DNA of 44,611 nucleotides. Origin: an uncultured Dehalococcoidia bacterium (GTDB lineage Bacteria; Chloroflexota; Dehalococcoidia; Lucifugimonadales; UBA826). Under the pieces are notes generated by a model. That model was not told the origin of the DNA and ran no database searches. It saw nothing but the letters and a program-made list of their open reading frames with translations. Location: assembly GCA_964462705.1 (NCBI GenBank), contig CAYWYV010000001.1, forward strand, positions 4,099 through 48,709. The letters are read 5' to 3'. The translations under genes were made by a program, and so were the position numbers. Each line of letters opens with the position of its first letter. Positions within the stretch are counted from its first letter, which is position 1. Positions 9,425-18,257 of the stretch are shown piece by piece.

Positions 9425-10822
9425 CTATGAGCTAGGTTCCGTCATTCCTTCTGGATCTAGGATTTCCCGTAGTTGTTCCTCGTCGAGGTTAGTTTCAGAT
9501 AGAGCAACTTCCAGAACAGTTTTCCCTGCTTCTTGGGCCTTATGGGCTATATCTGCTGAGGCGTCATACCCTATGTGTGGAACCAAAGTTGTTACGATCG
9601 CGAGCCCTCTCTCGACCATTTCTGGGCCTTTGTTTGTCGACTTCAATCCATCGATGCATTGATTGGCAAAGTTTGAAGAAGCCGTGCTTAAAATATCAAT
9701 CGATTGGAGTAGATTATGTGCGGCTACAGGCATCATGACGTTAATCTCGAAATTTCCAGATTGTCCTGCTATCGAAACTGTGGTGTCATTTCCTATAACT
9801 TGAGCGGCTACCTGACAGACTGATTCAGGTATAACGGGGTTCACTTTGCCTGGCATTATTGAGCTTCCCGGCTGGACTTCAGGGAGTTCTATTTCCCCGA
9901 ATCCCCCTCTGGGTCCTGATCCCATCCATCTTATGTCATTAGCTATTTTCATAAGGCTTACTGCAATTGTCTTCATTGATCCACTGGCTTGAACGATGTT
10001 GTCGAGAGTACTTTGGGCTTGAAAATGATTATTAGTTTCATGAATATCTATATCTAAGGCACTAGAAATTTTTTGGCAAACCTTTTTGGCAAATTCAGGA
10101 TGTGTGTTAACTCCTGTTCCAACCGCTGTTCCTCCTAAGGCAACCTCAGATAGTTCGATTAATGCCTGTTCGCAACGCTGTATTCCTCTTTCTATTTGTC
10201 CCGCATGGCCCTTGAATTCTTGTCCTAGTCTTACAGGAGTTGCGTCCTGAAGGTGTGTCCTGCCTGTTTTTATGATCGGCATGAATTCTTCAGATTTTGT
10301 TTCTAAAGATTTTTTTAACTGGACCAAGGAGGGAATCAAGTTATTTTTAATTGACTTTGCAGCGGCTACGTGTATTGCAGTTGGGATTACATCGTTGGAT
10401 GATTGACCAGTGTTTACGTGGTCATTTGGATGGACTGGAGTCCTGGAACCGAGTTCTCCTCCAAGAAGCTCAATAGACCTGTTGGAGATAACCTCGTTTG
10501 CATTCATGTTCGTCGATGTTCCAGAACCAGTTTGGAATATATCTACGACGAATTGGTCATCAAATTTTCCATCTGCGACTTCTGTAGCTGATTCAACTAT
10601 CGCAGTTCCTAATTTTTCTTCAAGGAGCCCAAGTTCCATATTAGTCTGCGCGGCAGCAAGCTTGATATTGGATATTGCTTCAATGAACGATCTGGAAAAT
10701 CGCAGCTCGCTCAAAGGGAAATTTAAAACAGCCCGCATCGTGTTTGCGCCATAATATGCGGCGGCTGGCACGTTGAACTCACCCATCGAATCTTGCTCTT
10801 TTCTAAAATCATTGGTTGTCAA
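9425..10822 (-). CDS. fumC: class II fumarate hydratase / aspartase superfamily lyase (more FumC-like)
   Basis: FQTGSGTSTNMNANEV, HPNDHVNTGQSSNDV, KTGRTHLQDATP, LGGTAVGTGVNTHPEF and SS-loop GSSIMPGKVNP. TTG start at 10822 with GGAGAG 5-6 nt upstream. The NPVIPE segment after the SS loop is aspartase-like, so the substrate call is not certain. Confidence 0.85.
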   Translation of the reverse strand: MTTNDFRKEQDSMGEFNVPAAAYYGANTMRAVLNFPLSELRFSRSFIEAISNIKLAAAQTNMELGLLEEKLGTAIVESATEVADGKFDDQFVVDIFQTGSGTSTNMNANEVISNRSIELLGGELGSRTPVHPNDHVNTGQSSNDVIPTAIHVAAAKSIKNNLIPSLVQLKKSLETKSEEFMPIIKTGRTHLQDATPVRLGQEFKGHAGQIERGIQRCEQALIELSEVALGGTAVGTGVNTHPEFAKKVCQKISSALDIDIHETNNHFQAQSTLDNIVQASGSMKTIAVSLMKIANDIRWMGSGPRGGFGEIELPEVQPGSSIMPGKVNPVIPESVCQVAAQVIGNDTTVSIAGQSGNFEINVMMPVAAHNLLQSIDILSTASSNFANQCIDGLKSTNKGPEMVERGLAIVTTLVPHIGYDASADIAHKAQEAGKTVLEVALSETNLDEEQLREILDPEGMTEPSS

Positions 10823-10907
10823 TATTCTCTCCAGTTCTTATTCTTAGTTTTTCTCTAGGCCTATCATAAGTTACTAACTGATAATAATAAAAAAGATTTC
10901 CAAAATG

Positions 10908-11564
10908 TTAACTTTTTGCAGGTTGTGTTTCGTACCCCTGCAAAAAGTTAACAATAACTTTCCCCACCTCTGTTTCGTATCCCATAAAACTGAAATTGGC
11001 ACCCTCAATAACTTTCAAATGAGGTGGGTTTTCATAATTTGAGAATATTTGTCGCAGGCTGTCAGGTGGGGACAATTTATCATTTTCCCCAGCTATTATA
11101 AGTATCGGTCTGCTGTCTTTGGAGAGTCGAGATTCTCTTGAAGCTTTGGGAGGTGGGGAAACCAAAACGAATTTGTTGGCTTTCCGTAACATGCTCGCCC
11201 CATCCATGATCACTGATGCCCCAAAAGAGTATCCTGCTACAGTAATTTGGGTTTTGTCGATTCCAGGCCAACGTCTGATAACGTCCAGCGCTGATTTAAT
11301 ATCGTTTCTTTCTGACTTACCCCCATCGTGGTCCCCACCACTTTCACCTGTGCCTCTAAAGTTGAACCTGAGAGTGGCAAAACCTGCATTACCTGCGGCT
11401 TGGCAGATTGCTGAAATTACCTGTTCACCCATATGTCCTCTGAATGAGGGATGGGAGTGGCACGCGATGATAGCTGGGTACGGTCCAGATTTGTCATATG
11501 GAGTGGATATGATCCCCTCTAGCAAAGTCCCCTTACTCTTGAAGGCGATAGATGTGATAGACAT
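10908..11564 (-). CDS. alpha/beta hydrolase (COG2945-like), paralogue lacking the catalytic His
   Basis: ATLRFNFRGTGESGG and nucleophile elbow GYSFGA are present. The position of the family GADHFF motif reads GANFSF (10986-11003). The ATG abuts the upstream stop (TAAATG, 11562-11567). Confidence 0.8.
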   Translation of the reverse strand: MSITSIAFKSKGTLLEGIISTPYDKSGPYPAIIACHSHPSFRGHMGEQVISAICQAAGNAGFATLRFNFRGTGESGGDHDGGKSERNDIKSALDVIRRWPGIDKTQITVAGYSFGASVIMDGASMLRKANKFVLVSPPPKASRESRLSKDSRPILIIAGENDKLSPPDSLRQIFSNYENPPHLKVIEGANFSFMGYETEVGKVIVNFLQGYETQPAKS

Positions 11565-12209
11565 TTATAGAATTCCTAGAAAGAAGTCAGAAGCCAGCTC
11601 ACCCAAAACCGATTCATGTCCACTGAAGAAATGGTCAGCCCCAGTGAGTATTTCTGATTGGCACGGTTTTGTGAATCGTGCCGAGAGGAAATTAAATTGA
11701 CTGACTGGGAAGTCGTGGTCACGGTCTCCACAAATGAGAAGTTTTGGTTGCACAATCTCCACGGTACCGAATGTCGAAAAATGTCTTTGTGGACAAGCAA
11801 TGGAAACCACTGCTTTGACAATGTCATTCTCTATGGTCGATTCTAGTGCGATGCCGGCACCGAAAGAGTAACCCATTACACCTATTCGACTACCATCCAC
11901 GGTGTTTAATGAGGAGGTGTATTCAAGGACGTGAATAGCATCGGAAACTTCTGAAGTTCCGTCTCCGAACTCTCCTGTGCTACTTCCAACCCCTCTAAAA
12001 TTGAATCTCAATGTTGCTATTCCATTTGAATTCAAACTCCGGGATACGCCTTCGACGACGTTATTGAACATATTTCCACCAGCCTTTGGGTTGGGGTGGC
12101 AAATCACAACGCAGGGCGGTATTCTGCCTGTAAGAGGTATTTCAAGGAGCCCTTCTAAGTGGGAATCGCCTGTATTTATTTTGGTAAAAATCCTGTTAGT
12201 AGTTTGCAT
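11565..12209 (-). CDS. alpha/beta hydrolase (COG2945-like), intact Ser-Asp-His motifs
   Basis: ATLRFNFRGVGSSTGEF, GYSFGA, GDRDHDFP and GADHFF. The start is set at ATG 12209 (MQTTNRIFTKI), which aligns with the N-terminus of the downstream paralogue (MSITSIAFKS). The ORF track extends to TTG 12323 through the duplicated intergenic repeat. ATG 12245 is another option. Confidence 0.78.
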   Translation of the reverse strand: MQTTNRIFTKINTGDSHLEGLLEIPLTGRIPPCVVICHPNPKAGGNMFNNVVEGVSRSLNSNGIATLRFNFRGVGSSTGEFGDGTSEVSDAIHVLEYTSSLNTVDGSRIGVMGYSFGAGIALESTIENDIVKAVVSIACPQRHFSTFGTVEIVQPKLLICGDRDHDFPVSQFNFLSARFTKPCQSEILTGADHFFSGHESVLGELASDFFLGIL

Positions 12210-12293
12210 CGTTGATCTCTTTGAATCATCTGCATCTGTTCCCATACTAAAAAGCCGTATATGATTTGACAATACCCTTACAAAATAATGCTC

Positions 12294-12351
12294 ATGGTAC
12301 TTATTAACTTTCACATAGTTCAATGGTACTTATTAACTTTCACATAGTTCA
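12294..12351. repeat. perfect 29-bp tandem direct duplication (ATGGTACTTATTAACTTTCACATAGTTCA x2)
   Basis: Copy 1 is 12294-12322 and copy 2 is 12323-12351. The match continues 2 nt (AT) into 12352-12353. It lies in the divergent intergenic region between the hydrolase gene and ltaE. Confidence 0.97.
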
Positions 12352-12379
12352 ATTGAGAAATGTTGGAGAAGTAAAACTT

Positions 12380-13411
12380 ATGCAAGAAGTAGATTTAAGA
12401 AGCGATACAGTTACACATCCATCCCCAGAAATGAGGGACGCCATTGCTAATGCAAAAATTGGTGATGATGTTTTCAGCGATGATCCATCAGTTAATAGAT
12501 TGGAGGAAATGGCTGCTAACGCAATGGGCAAGGAAGCCGCGGTGTATGTTGCCAGTGGAACTATGGGTAATTTGGTTTCTCTATTGGCACATGCGGGTAG
12601 AGGCGAAGAGGTTATTCTTGGAGATAAAGCTCATATTTTTCGATCTGAAGGTGGCGGCGCAGCTGCTCTAGGAGGGATCTCGTATCATCTAGTGCCTAAT
12701 GATGATAGGGGGATGATAAATCCTGATTCTGTTGCCGAAGCAATAAGGGATTCTGCGAATCATCACAATCCTAAGACAGCCTTGATTGCGATGGAAAATA
12801 CACAAAATAACTGTGGGGGAAGGGTTTTAACCCCTCAAGATATGGAGAGCATATCAAAGGTTGCCAAGGCAAACGAAATTCCCTTGCATGTAGATGGAGC
12901 AAGGATATTCAATGCGGCTGTCAAGTTGGAGACTCCAGTCATTGAGTTGGTGAAGGACGCAGATTCCGTTAGTTTTTGTCTTTCTAAGGGTCTCAGTTGC
13001 CCTGTTGGCTCAGTTGTTTGTGGAACGAATGAATTTATCGAGGAAGCAAGGCGCATGAGGAAAATGGTTGGTGGTGGAATGCGCCAGGCTGGATTTATGG
13101 CTGCTGCTGGCATAGTGGCTCTAGACACTATGGTTGAAAGGCTTGCTGAGGACCACACCAATGCTGCTAAGTTAGCTCACGGATTATCGAATTTACCAGG
13201 AATATCGATTGATCCTCAATCTGTAGAGACAAACCTTGTCTTTTTTGAAGTTAACTATCCGGACAGAGCCGAACTCACGAGAAAGCTTGAGGTAAAAGGG
13301 GTAAAGGGTGGTTCTTCCGCAAAGCGTTGGAGATTTGTAACGCACTATGGGATAACTGCTGCTGATGTTGATTACACTCTGGATGTACTTGGTCAGGCCT
13401 TAGCGGGATAA
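12380..13411 (+). CDS. ltaE: low-specificity L-threonine aldolase (PLP-dependent, beta-eliminating lyase family)
   Basis: DLRSDTVTHPSPEMRDA, ASGTMGNL and PLP-lysine context SFCLSKGLSCPVGS. The start is ATG 12380 with GGAGAAG 8-9 nt upstream. The track start at 12323 lies inside the 29-bp duplicate. Confidence 0.85.
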   Translation: MQEVDLRSDTVTHPSPEMRDAIANAKIGDDVFSDDPSVNRLEEMAANAMGKEAAVYVASGTMGNLVSLLAHAGRGEEVILGDKAHIFRSEGGGAAALGGISYHLVPNDDRGMINPDSVAEAIRDSANHHNPKTALIAMENTQNNCGGRVLTPQDMESISKVAKANEIPLHVDGARIFNAAVKLETPVIELVKDADSVSFCLSKGLSCPVGSVVCGTNEFIEEARRMRKMVGGGMRQAGFMAAAGIVALDTMVERLAEDHTNAAKLAHGLSNLPGISIDPQSVETNLVFFEVNYPDRAELTRKLEVKGVKGGSSAKRWRFVTHYGITAADVDYTLDVLGQALAG

Positions 13412-13449
13412 TCTGAATTTTAAAAAATACCGATAGGTTATATATTTAG

Positions 13450-14664
13450 TTGTTCCTTCTCCTATCAAACCAGCGATTTAGGAAATTTTGGTTGGGGCTT
13501 CTGTTCAATGACGCTGCCCTCGCAATAGAACCATTGGCTCTTGGATGGCTGGTTCTAGATATCACAAATTCTCCTTTATGGGTCGGTATATCCGCTGGCG
13601 TAGCTGGTGTCGGAATGACGTTGTTTAGCCCAGTAGCTGGTGTTTTAGCTGATAGGTACAATCGGAAGCACTTGTTGATACTGTCCCTACTGGTCCAATC
13701 TTTTGCGGCGATAATCCTGGGTATTTTGTTGTTGATGAACTTCCTGCAGCTATATCATGCTCTCCTTTTTTCCTTTGTAAGTGGACTAACCGGATCAGTC
13801 AAATTTTCCTGCAAGATGGCACTTACATTGGACTTGGCGGGTAGGAATAACCTGTTGAAAGGGATAGCAGCAAATTTCTTTTCAATGACAATTATGGGTG
13901 TCGTAGCCCCTTTGGCCGGAGGGCTCATTCTCGTGGAGTTAGGAATGGGCCAAGCCTTTTTTCTTGTTGGGGCACTCCTTTTAGTGTCTTTAATGATTGT
14001 TTCATTATTGAAGGGGATAGAGTCACCGCAATATCGTGGCGCCAGCCATGTCGATGATTTTATGGAAGGTGTTAGATATGTGTTTCGATCACCTTCAGTC
14101 CGGTTGTTAATATTGGCAGTTATGGTTTCTGAAACGTTTGGTTGGGCTGTGGAGTCTATGCTTCCGGTTATAGCCAGAGATGAGTTAGGCCTCGGTCCCG
14201 AGGGCTTTAGTTATCTCATGTCTGCGGGAGCTTTAGGTGCTGCTGTGACCACCGTGACCATTTCCGTTGTGCCGAACATTGAAAATAAGGGGAAACTGGT
14301 TTTACTCGGGATTATTGGATTTGGGGTTGGTCTAATTGTTTTTGCTTTTTCAAAACTTTTGATTTTGTCCCTTTTCTGCTTGGCTTTCACATTTGGATGT
14401 GGTGTTGCATTTGAGAGTGGATTATCAACCCTCATTCAAGAAGTGATTCCAGATAGAATGAGGGGAAGAGTGCTAAGTTTCCAGACATTTTGTTGGGGAT
14501 TCAGTGGAATGGCGGGATTTCACGCGGGACCAATTGCGGCTTTATTAGGTGCACCAATCGCAGTGGCAATTGGGGGAGGAGTAGTGGCACTTAATGGATT
14601 TAGGATAGCTCGTAGTCTCCTGCTGCTCTCAAGGAAGCTGATGGAAAATAACCAGAGCGAATAA
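13450..14664 (+). CDS. MFS transporter (EntS/MFS_3-like)
   Basis: About 12 predicted hydrophobic helices. The N-terminal SNQRFRKFWLGLLFNDAA is typical of this MFS subgroup. TTG start; an in-frame TAG sits immediately upstream at 13447-13449. Confidence 0.8.
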   Translation: MFLLLSNQRFRKFWLGLLFNDAALAIEPLALGWLVLDITNSPLWVGISAGVAGVGMTLFSPVAGVLADRYNRKHLLILSLLVQSFAAIILGILLLMNFLQLYHALLFSFVSGLTGSVKFSCKMALTLDLAGRNNLLKGIAANFFSMTIMGVVAPLAGGLILVELGMGQAFFLVGALLLVSLMIVSLLKGIESPQYRGASHVDDFMEGVRYVFRSPSVRLLILAVMVSETFGWAVESMLPVIARDELGLGPEGFSYLMSAGALGAAVTTVTISVVPNIENKGKLVLLGIIGFGVGLIVFAFSKLLILSLFCLAFTFGCGVAFESGLSTLIQEVIPDRMRGRVLSFQTFCWGFSGMAGFHAGPIAALLGAPIAVAIGGGVVALNGFRIARSLLLLSRKLMENNQSE

Positions 14665-14707
14665 AGCTCGCCTTCCAACCTAAGTATTGGTGTTGAATGT
14701 AGTTGTA

Positions 14708-16042
14708 TTAGCGATGCTGGTCATATTTTCCTTCCCACCATCCTTCTAGCCTGTCTAAAATGAATTTTTCATATCCGAGGTTGCTGGGTTCATAGAACCT
14801 TGAATCGGATAGTTCGTCTGGTAGGTTGTCCGAAGCTTTAAAGTGACCGTCAAAGTCATGTGGATAGACGTAATCCTCTCCATATCCGGATTCTTTCATG
14901 AGTTCGGTTACGGCGTTTCTTAGATGTAGAGGGACTTGTCTGTCCCCTGAATTTGCGACCTCGCTCGTAGCCCTGTTAATGGCTTTGTATGCTGAATTAC
15001 TTTTAGGCGCACAAGCCAGATAAAGAGAGGCTTGTGCTAAAGGGATGCGCCCCTCTGGCATTCCTATAAAATGCACTGCTTGCTGAGCTGATACCGCGAT
15101 TGTTAGGGCCCTTGGGTCGGCTAGTCCGATATCTTCTGAGGCTGATATCACTAATCTGCGAGCTATGAACATAGGATCTTCACCTGCTTGCAGCATGCGA
15201 GCAAGCCAGTAAACAGCCGAATCGGGATCAGAGGCCCTTATTGACTTTATGAACGCAGAAATAGTGTCGTAGTGGTTGTCCGCACTTTTGTCGTATCGTA
15301 GAGATTTATCTTGTACTATTTTTTGAACGGTATCTCTAGTTATTTGTTCGGAAGTTTTCTGGCCAGAAATAGAATCAACCGCTAGTTCCAGTGTATTCAG
15401 CGCCCACCTTGCATCCCCAGATGCAATGTTACTAATTGAGTCCAAGGCTGAGTTATCAATGAGAGACTTGTAATGTCCCAATCCCCTCTCACCATCAGCA
15501 AGGGATCGGTTAAGTATTTTGAGAATGTCTGGTTGTCGGAGTTCCCTTAATGTGTAGACTCGACATCTTGATAGTAAAGGGGAGATTACTTCAAATGACG
15601 GGTTTTCAGTTGTCGCCCCAATGAGTATGACTGTGCCGTCCTCAACATGAGGTAGTATCACATCCTGTTGGGATTTGTTAAATCTGTGAATTTCGTCTAT
15701 AAACAGAATTGTGCGTTGTGATTCCATCCCAAGTCTTTCACGGGCTTGGTTTATGGAATTTCTTAGTTCGGCAACTCCCACGGTTACTGCGCTGAGCATT
15801 TGAAAATAGTAGCCAGTAGATTTAGCTACTATGCTGGCAAGACTGGTTTTTCCGGTTCCAGGTGGTCCCCATAGTATGAAAGATGGAATTCGTCCGGCTT
15901 CAATACTTTGCCGTAGGGGAGTATTTTTACCTATAACGTGTTCCTGACCGACGAAGTCAGAAAAATCTCGTGGTCTCATTCTGGCCGCCAGTGGAGCGGA
16001 TTTATTTAAGTTACTTGTGATTTTGTGATCAAATAAGTCCAC
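14708..16042 (-). CDS. rarA: replication-associated recombination protein A (AAA+ ATPase)
   Basis: PLAARMRPRDFSDFVGQEH, Walker A GPPGTGKTS, Walker B LFIDEIHRFNK, and the MgsA C-terminal domain. GTG start. Confidence 0.92.
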   Translation of the reverse strand: MDLFDHKITSNLNKSAPLAARMRPRDFSDFVGQEHVIGKNTPLRQSIEAGRIPSFILWGPPGTGKTSLASIVAKSTGYYFQMLSAVTVGVAELRNSINQARERLGMESQRTILFIDEIHRFNKSQQDVILPHVEDGTVILIGATTENPSFEVISPLLSRCRVYTLRELRQPDILKILNRSLADGERGLGHYKSLIDNSALDSISNIASGDARWALNTLELAVDSISGQKTSEQITRDTVQKIVQDKSLRYDKSADNHYDTISAFIKSIRASDPDSAVYWLARMLQAGEDPMFIARRLVISASEDIGLADPRALTIAVSAQQAVHFIGMPEGRIPLAQASLYLACAPKSNSAYKAINRATSEVANSGDRQVPLHLRNAVTELMKESGYGEDYVYPHDFDGHFKASDNLPDELSDSRFYEPSNLGYEKFILDRLEGWWEGKYDQHR

Positions 16043-16117
16043 TTGTTTAGACAGCTACTATGGCTCCCCCGAAAGAGTTAGCACCATATTACATCAGTAC
16101 TGAAAGGTTAACGAGCA

Positions 16118-16447
16118 ATGAATGTTTCTGACATAAAAAAATCATGCTCCCAGTGTTGTAAAACACTTGGGGCTCCCTATTATGTTTCAATGAACTCGTC
16201 GCACCCTGGCGAAGAGAATTTTTATCATTTGAAATGCATACTTATGTCCTCCACCATGGTTAGGAAATCTGCTAAAGCGTCAGTAATTGTCGGAACTCTG
16301 TTACTGGCTTTAAATCAAGGAGATTTCATTATTAGTGGAGAATTTTATAGGGCAATGATATGGAAAATTCCACTTACATATCTTGTTCCGTTCTGTGTCG
16401 CTAGCTGGGGTTCAGTGACCAATGCGAGGAGATTTAATAGATCCTAA
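16118..16447 (+). CDS. NrtS-like small membrane protein with Cys-containing N-terminal extension
   Basis: The C-terminal half (ASVIVGTLLLALNQGDFIISG...KIPLTYLVPFCVASWGS) resembles the nitrate/nitrite transporter NrtS family as I recall it. The N-terminus carries CSQCC...HLKC. Confidence 0.5.
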   Translation: MNVSDIKKSCSQCCKTLGAPYYVSMNSSHPGEENFYHLKCILMSSTMVRKSAKASVIVGTLLLALNQGDFIISGEFYRAMIWKIPLTYLVPFCVASWGSVTNARRFNRS

Positions 16448-16456
16448 ATATAGGTT

Positions 16457-16762
16457 CTAAACCAGCTTGGCTATTGTTACACCAGGCCCACCTTCTGCAG
16501 GTGCTGCTGGGTACTCAAATTCTTTAATCAGCGGATGCTGTAGGAGGAGTTCATGGGTGATTTTCCTCATGTCACCACCACTCCTCCCATGTATTATTTT
16601 TATAATCACCATACCTGCCTCAGAAGCTCTGTCTATATATGATTCAAGTTTTTCTTGTCCCACCTTTACGCTCAAATGTCTGAGGTTTACTTCCGTTGAT
16701 AAGGACATTTGTTTATATAGTTTTGATTGGTCAGGTCTCAGGTAAGGCATAATATCAAGCAA
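16457..16762 (-). CDS. Smr domain protein
   Basis: IKIIHGRSGGDMRKITHELL (Smr HGxG core). The TTG start overlaps the selA 3' end by 8 nt (16755-16762). Confidence 0.7.
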   Translation of the reverse strand: MLDIMPYLRPDQSKLYKQMSLSTEVNLRHLSVKVGQEKLESYIDRASEAGMVIIKIIHGRSGGDMRKITHELLLQHPLIKEFEYPAAPAEGGPGVTIAKLV

Positions 16763-18107
16763 AAATTTGTTTCAATGACGTTATAAGTAAGGGATCCTGT
16801 TCGGGGAGCACGGTTCTTAAGTCTAAAATAAATCGATCGTCTTCAATGCGTCCGATCACCGGGTAATTCGCTTCCCTTAGTTTTTTCCCAACCTCGTCGG
16901 GTGATTTAGACTTGATTGATATTGCTACTGAGTCTAGATGCTCACCAGGTAGACTTCCCCCTCCAACGGTGGATAATGTTTTCACGGTTTCGGTTGTTGT
17001 CTGTAATGATTCACATATCCGTTCGGAACGGAGTAATAAATTTTCTACGGACGCTGAAATCATTCTCCAAACAGGAATTTTGGTTTCATTTTCTCCACGC
17101 AAATAATGCAGAAGTGTTTCGTTGAGAGCAGCTAGATTCATTTTATCTATCCGAAATGCTCTAGCTAATGGGTGCTTAGACAATTTATTGATGTATTCTT
17201 TTTTCCCAACAACTATTCCCGCTTGTGGACCACCAAGTAGCTTGTCGCCAGAAAAAAAACATAGGTCGACTTCGGAGGCTACGCTTTCCTGAGGCATTGG
17301 CTCTTTTCCTAGACCAAATTTAGTTGCGTCAACTATGCACCCGCTGCCAACATCATGCAGTACCGGTACATTGGACTTTTTCCCCACCGAAACCAGTTCA
17401 CTGATTTTTGGTGAGTGAGTAAATCCGACGATCTTGAAGTTGCTAGCATGAACAGACAGAAGTGCTCCGGTGTTTTCGTCAATAGCGCTTTCAAAATCTT
17501 TAGCATAGGTTCTATTTGTGGTGCCTACTTCAACAAGCCTGGATCCACTTTGTGCGAGGACATCAGGGATCCTGAATCCACCCCCTATTTCTACTGCCTC
17601 AGATCTGGATACTATGACACTTTTTCCATTAGCTATCGATGCAAGGCCTAGTATTAATGCTGCGGCATTATTATTAACTATTATCGCGGCTTCAGAACCA
17701 ACAAGGTCACATATGAGTTGAGAGACCTGCGCTTGCCGTGACCCTCGTTTACCGGTGGCCAGATCAAGTTCTAGGTCACTATATCCCTCAGATGCGTGGC
17801 CAGCCGACAAAATTGATTCCTTGCTTATGGGAGATCGTCCTAGGTTGGTGTGTAGTATGACTCCTGTTGCATTTATTACAGCCTGAGGCCATGAATTCCA
17901 TCGCGTCGAAGCAATTTCTATAATTCTTTCAACAATAGTCTCAATTTGTGGTGGTGTTTCGCCTTTAGCAACTCGTTTTCGTGTATCTTGCAACACTTCT
18001 CTAATCAATCCTGTGACCTTTTCTGGATCGACTTTTTCTGCAATCCGTTTAAGACTATCCTGCTGGAGAATCAAGTCAACACTAGGTATTTTTCGTAAAT
18101 TATTCAT
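16755..18107 (-). CDS. selA: L-seryl-tRNA(Sec) selenium transferase (selenocysteine synthase)
   Basis: Collinear with E. coli SelA: INATGVILHTNLGRS, VSRSEAVEIGGGFRIPDV, VEVGTTNRTYAKDF, PLP-lysine FSGDKLLGGPQAGIVVGKK, and HPLARAFRIDKMNLAAL. Confidence 0.93.
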   Translation of the reverse strand: MNNLRKIPSVDLILQQDSLKRIAEKVDPEKVTGLIREVLQDTRKRVAKGETPPQIETIVERIIEIASTRWNSWPQAVINATGVILHTNLGRSPISKESILSAGHASEGYSDLELDLATGKRGSRQAQVSQLICDLVGSEAAIIVNNNAAALILGLASIANGKSVIVSRSEAVEIGGGFRIPDVLAQSGSRLVEVGTTNRTYAKDFESAIDENTGALLSVHASNFKIVGFTHSPKISELVSVGKKSNVPVLHDVGSGCIVDATKFGLGKEPMPQESVASEVDLCFFSGDKLLGGPQAGIVVGKKEYINKLSKHPLARAFRIDKMNLAALNETLLHYLRGENETKIPVWRMISASVENLLLRSERICESLQTTTETVKTLSTVGGGSLPGEHLDSVAISIKSKSPDEVGKKLREANYPVIGRIEDDRFILDLRTVLPEQDPLLITSLKQIFA

Positions 18108-18257
18108 AATTTTCAGACGTTATATGGAACAATTTTTCATGGTAACCACTGATAATTATATCTTTGACGTCCAGCCTTGAATGTGGATAAAACAAAAATA
18201 AAAAACGAAATTTGAATAAACGTGGCATTTTTGGGTGATTGGGCCGGTCAAATATGT

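Noticed and set aside
9425-10822. Calling this gene aspartate ammonia-lyase because of NPVIPE after the SS loop and NFPLS near the N-terminus.
   Set aside because: Most diagnostic blocks (QTGSGT, GQSSNDV, GRTHLQDATP, LGGTAVGTG.NTHPE, ANDIRW..SGPR) match FumC rather than AspA. I kept it as FumC-like with stated uncertainty.
11119-11700. A 193-aa plus-strand ORF spanning the junction of the two hydrolase genes.
   Set aside because: It is fully antisense to two genes with clear family motifs. The sequence is Pro/Ser/Leu-rich, low-complexity and motif-free, which is typical of a shadow ORF.
12210-12379. Track start codons at 12323 for both divergent ORFs (TTG on the minus strand, ATG on the plus strand), which would leave no intergenic region.
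   Set aside because: Both N-terminal extensions are encoded by the duplicated 29-mer and have no homology-like content. The paralogue alignment supports 12209, and the SD supports 12380.
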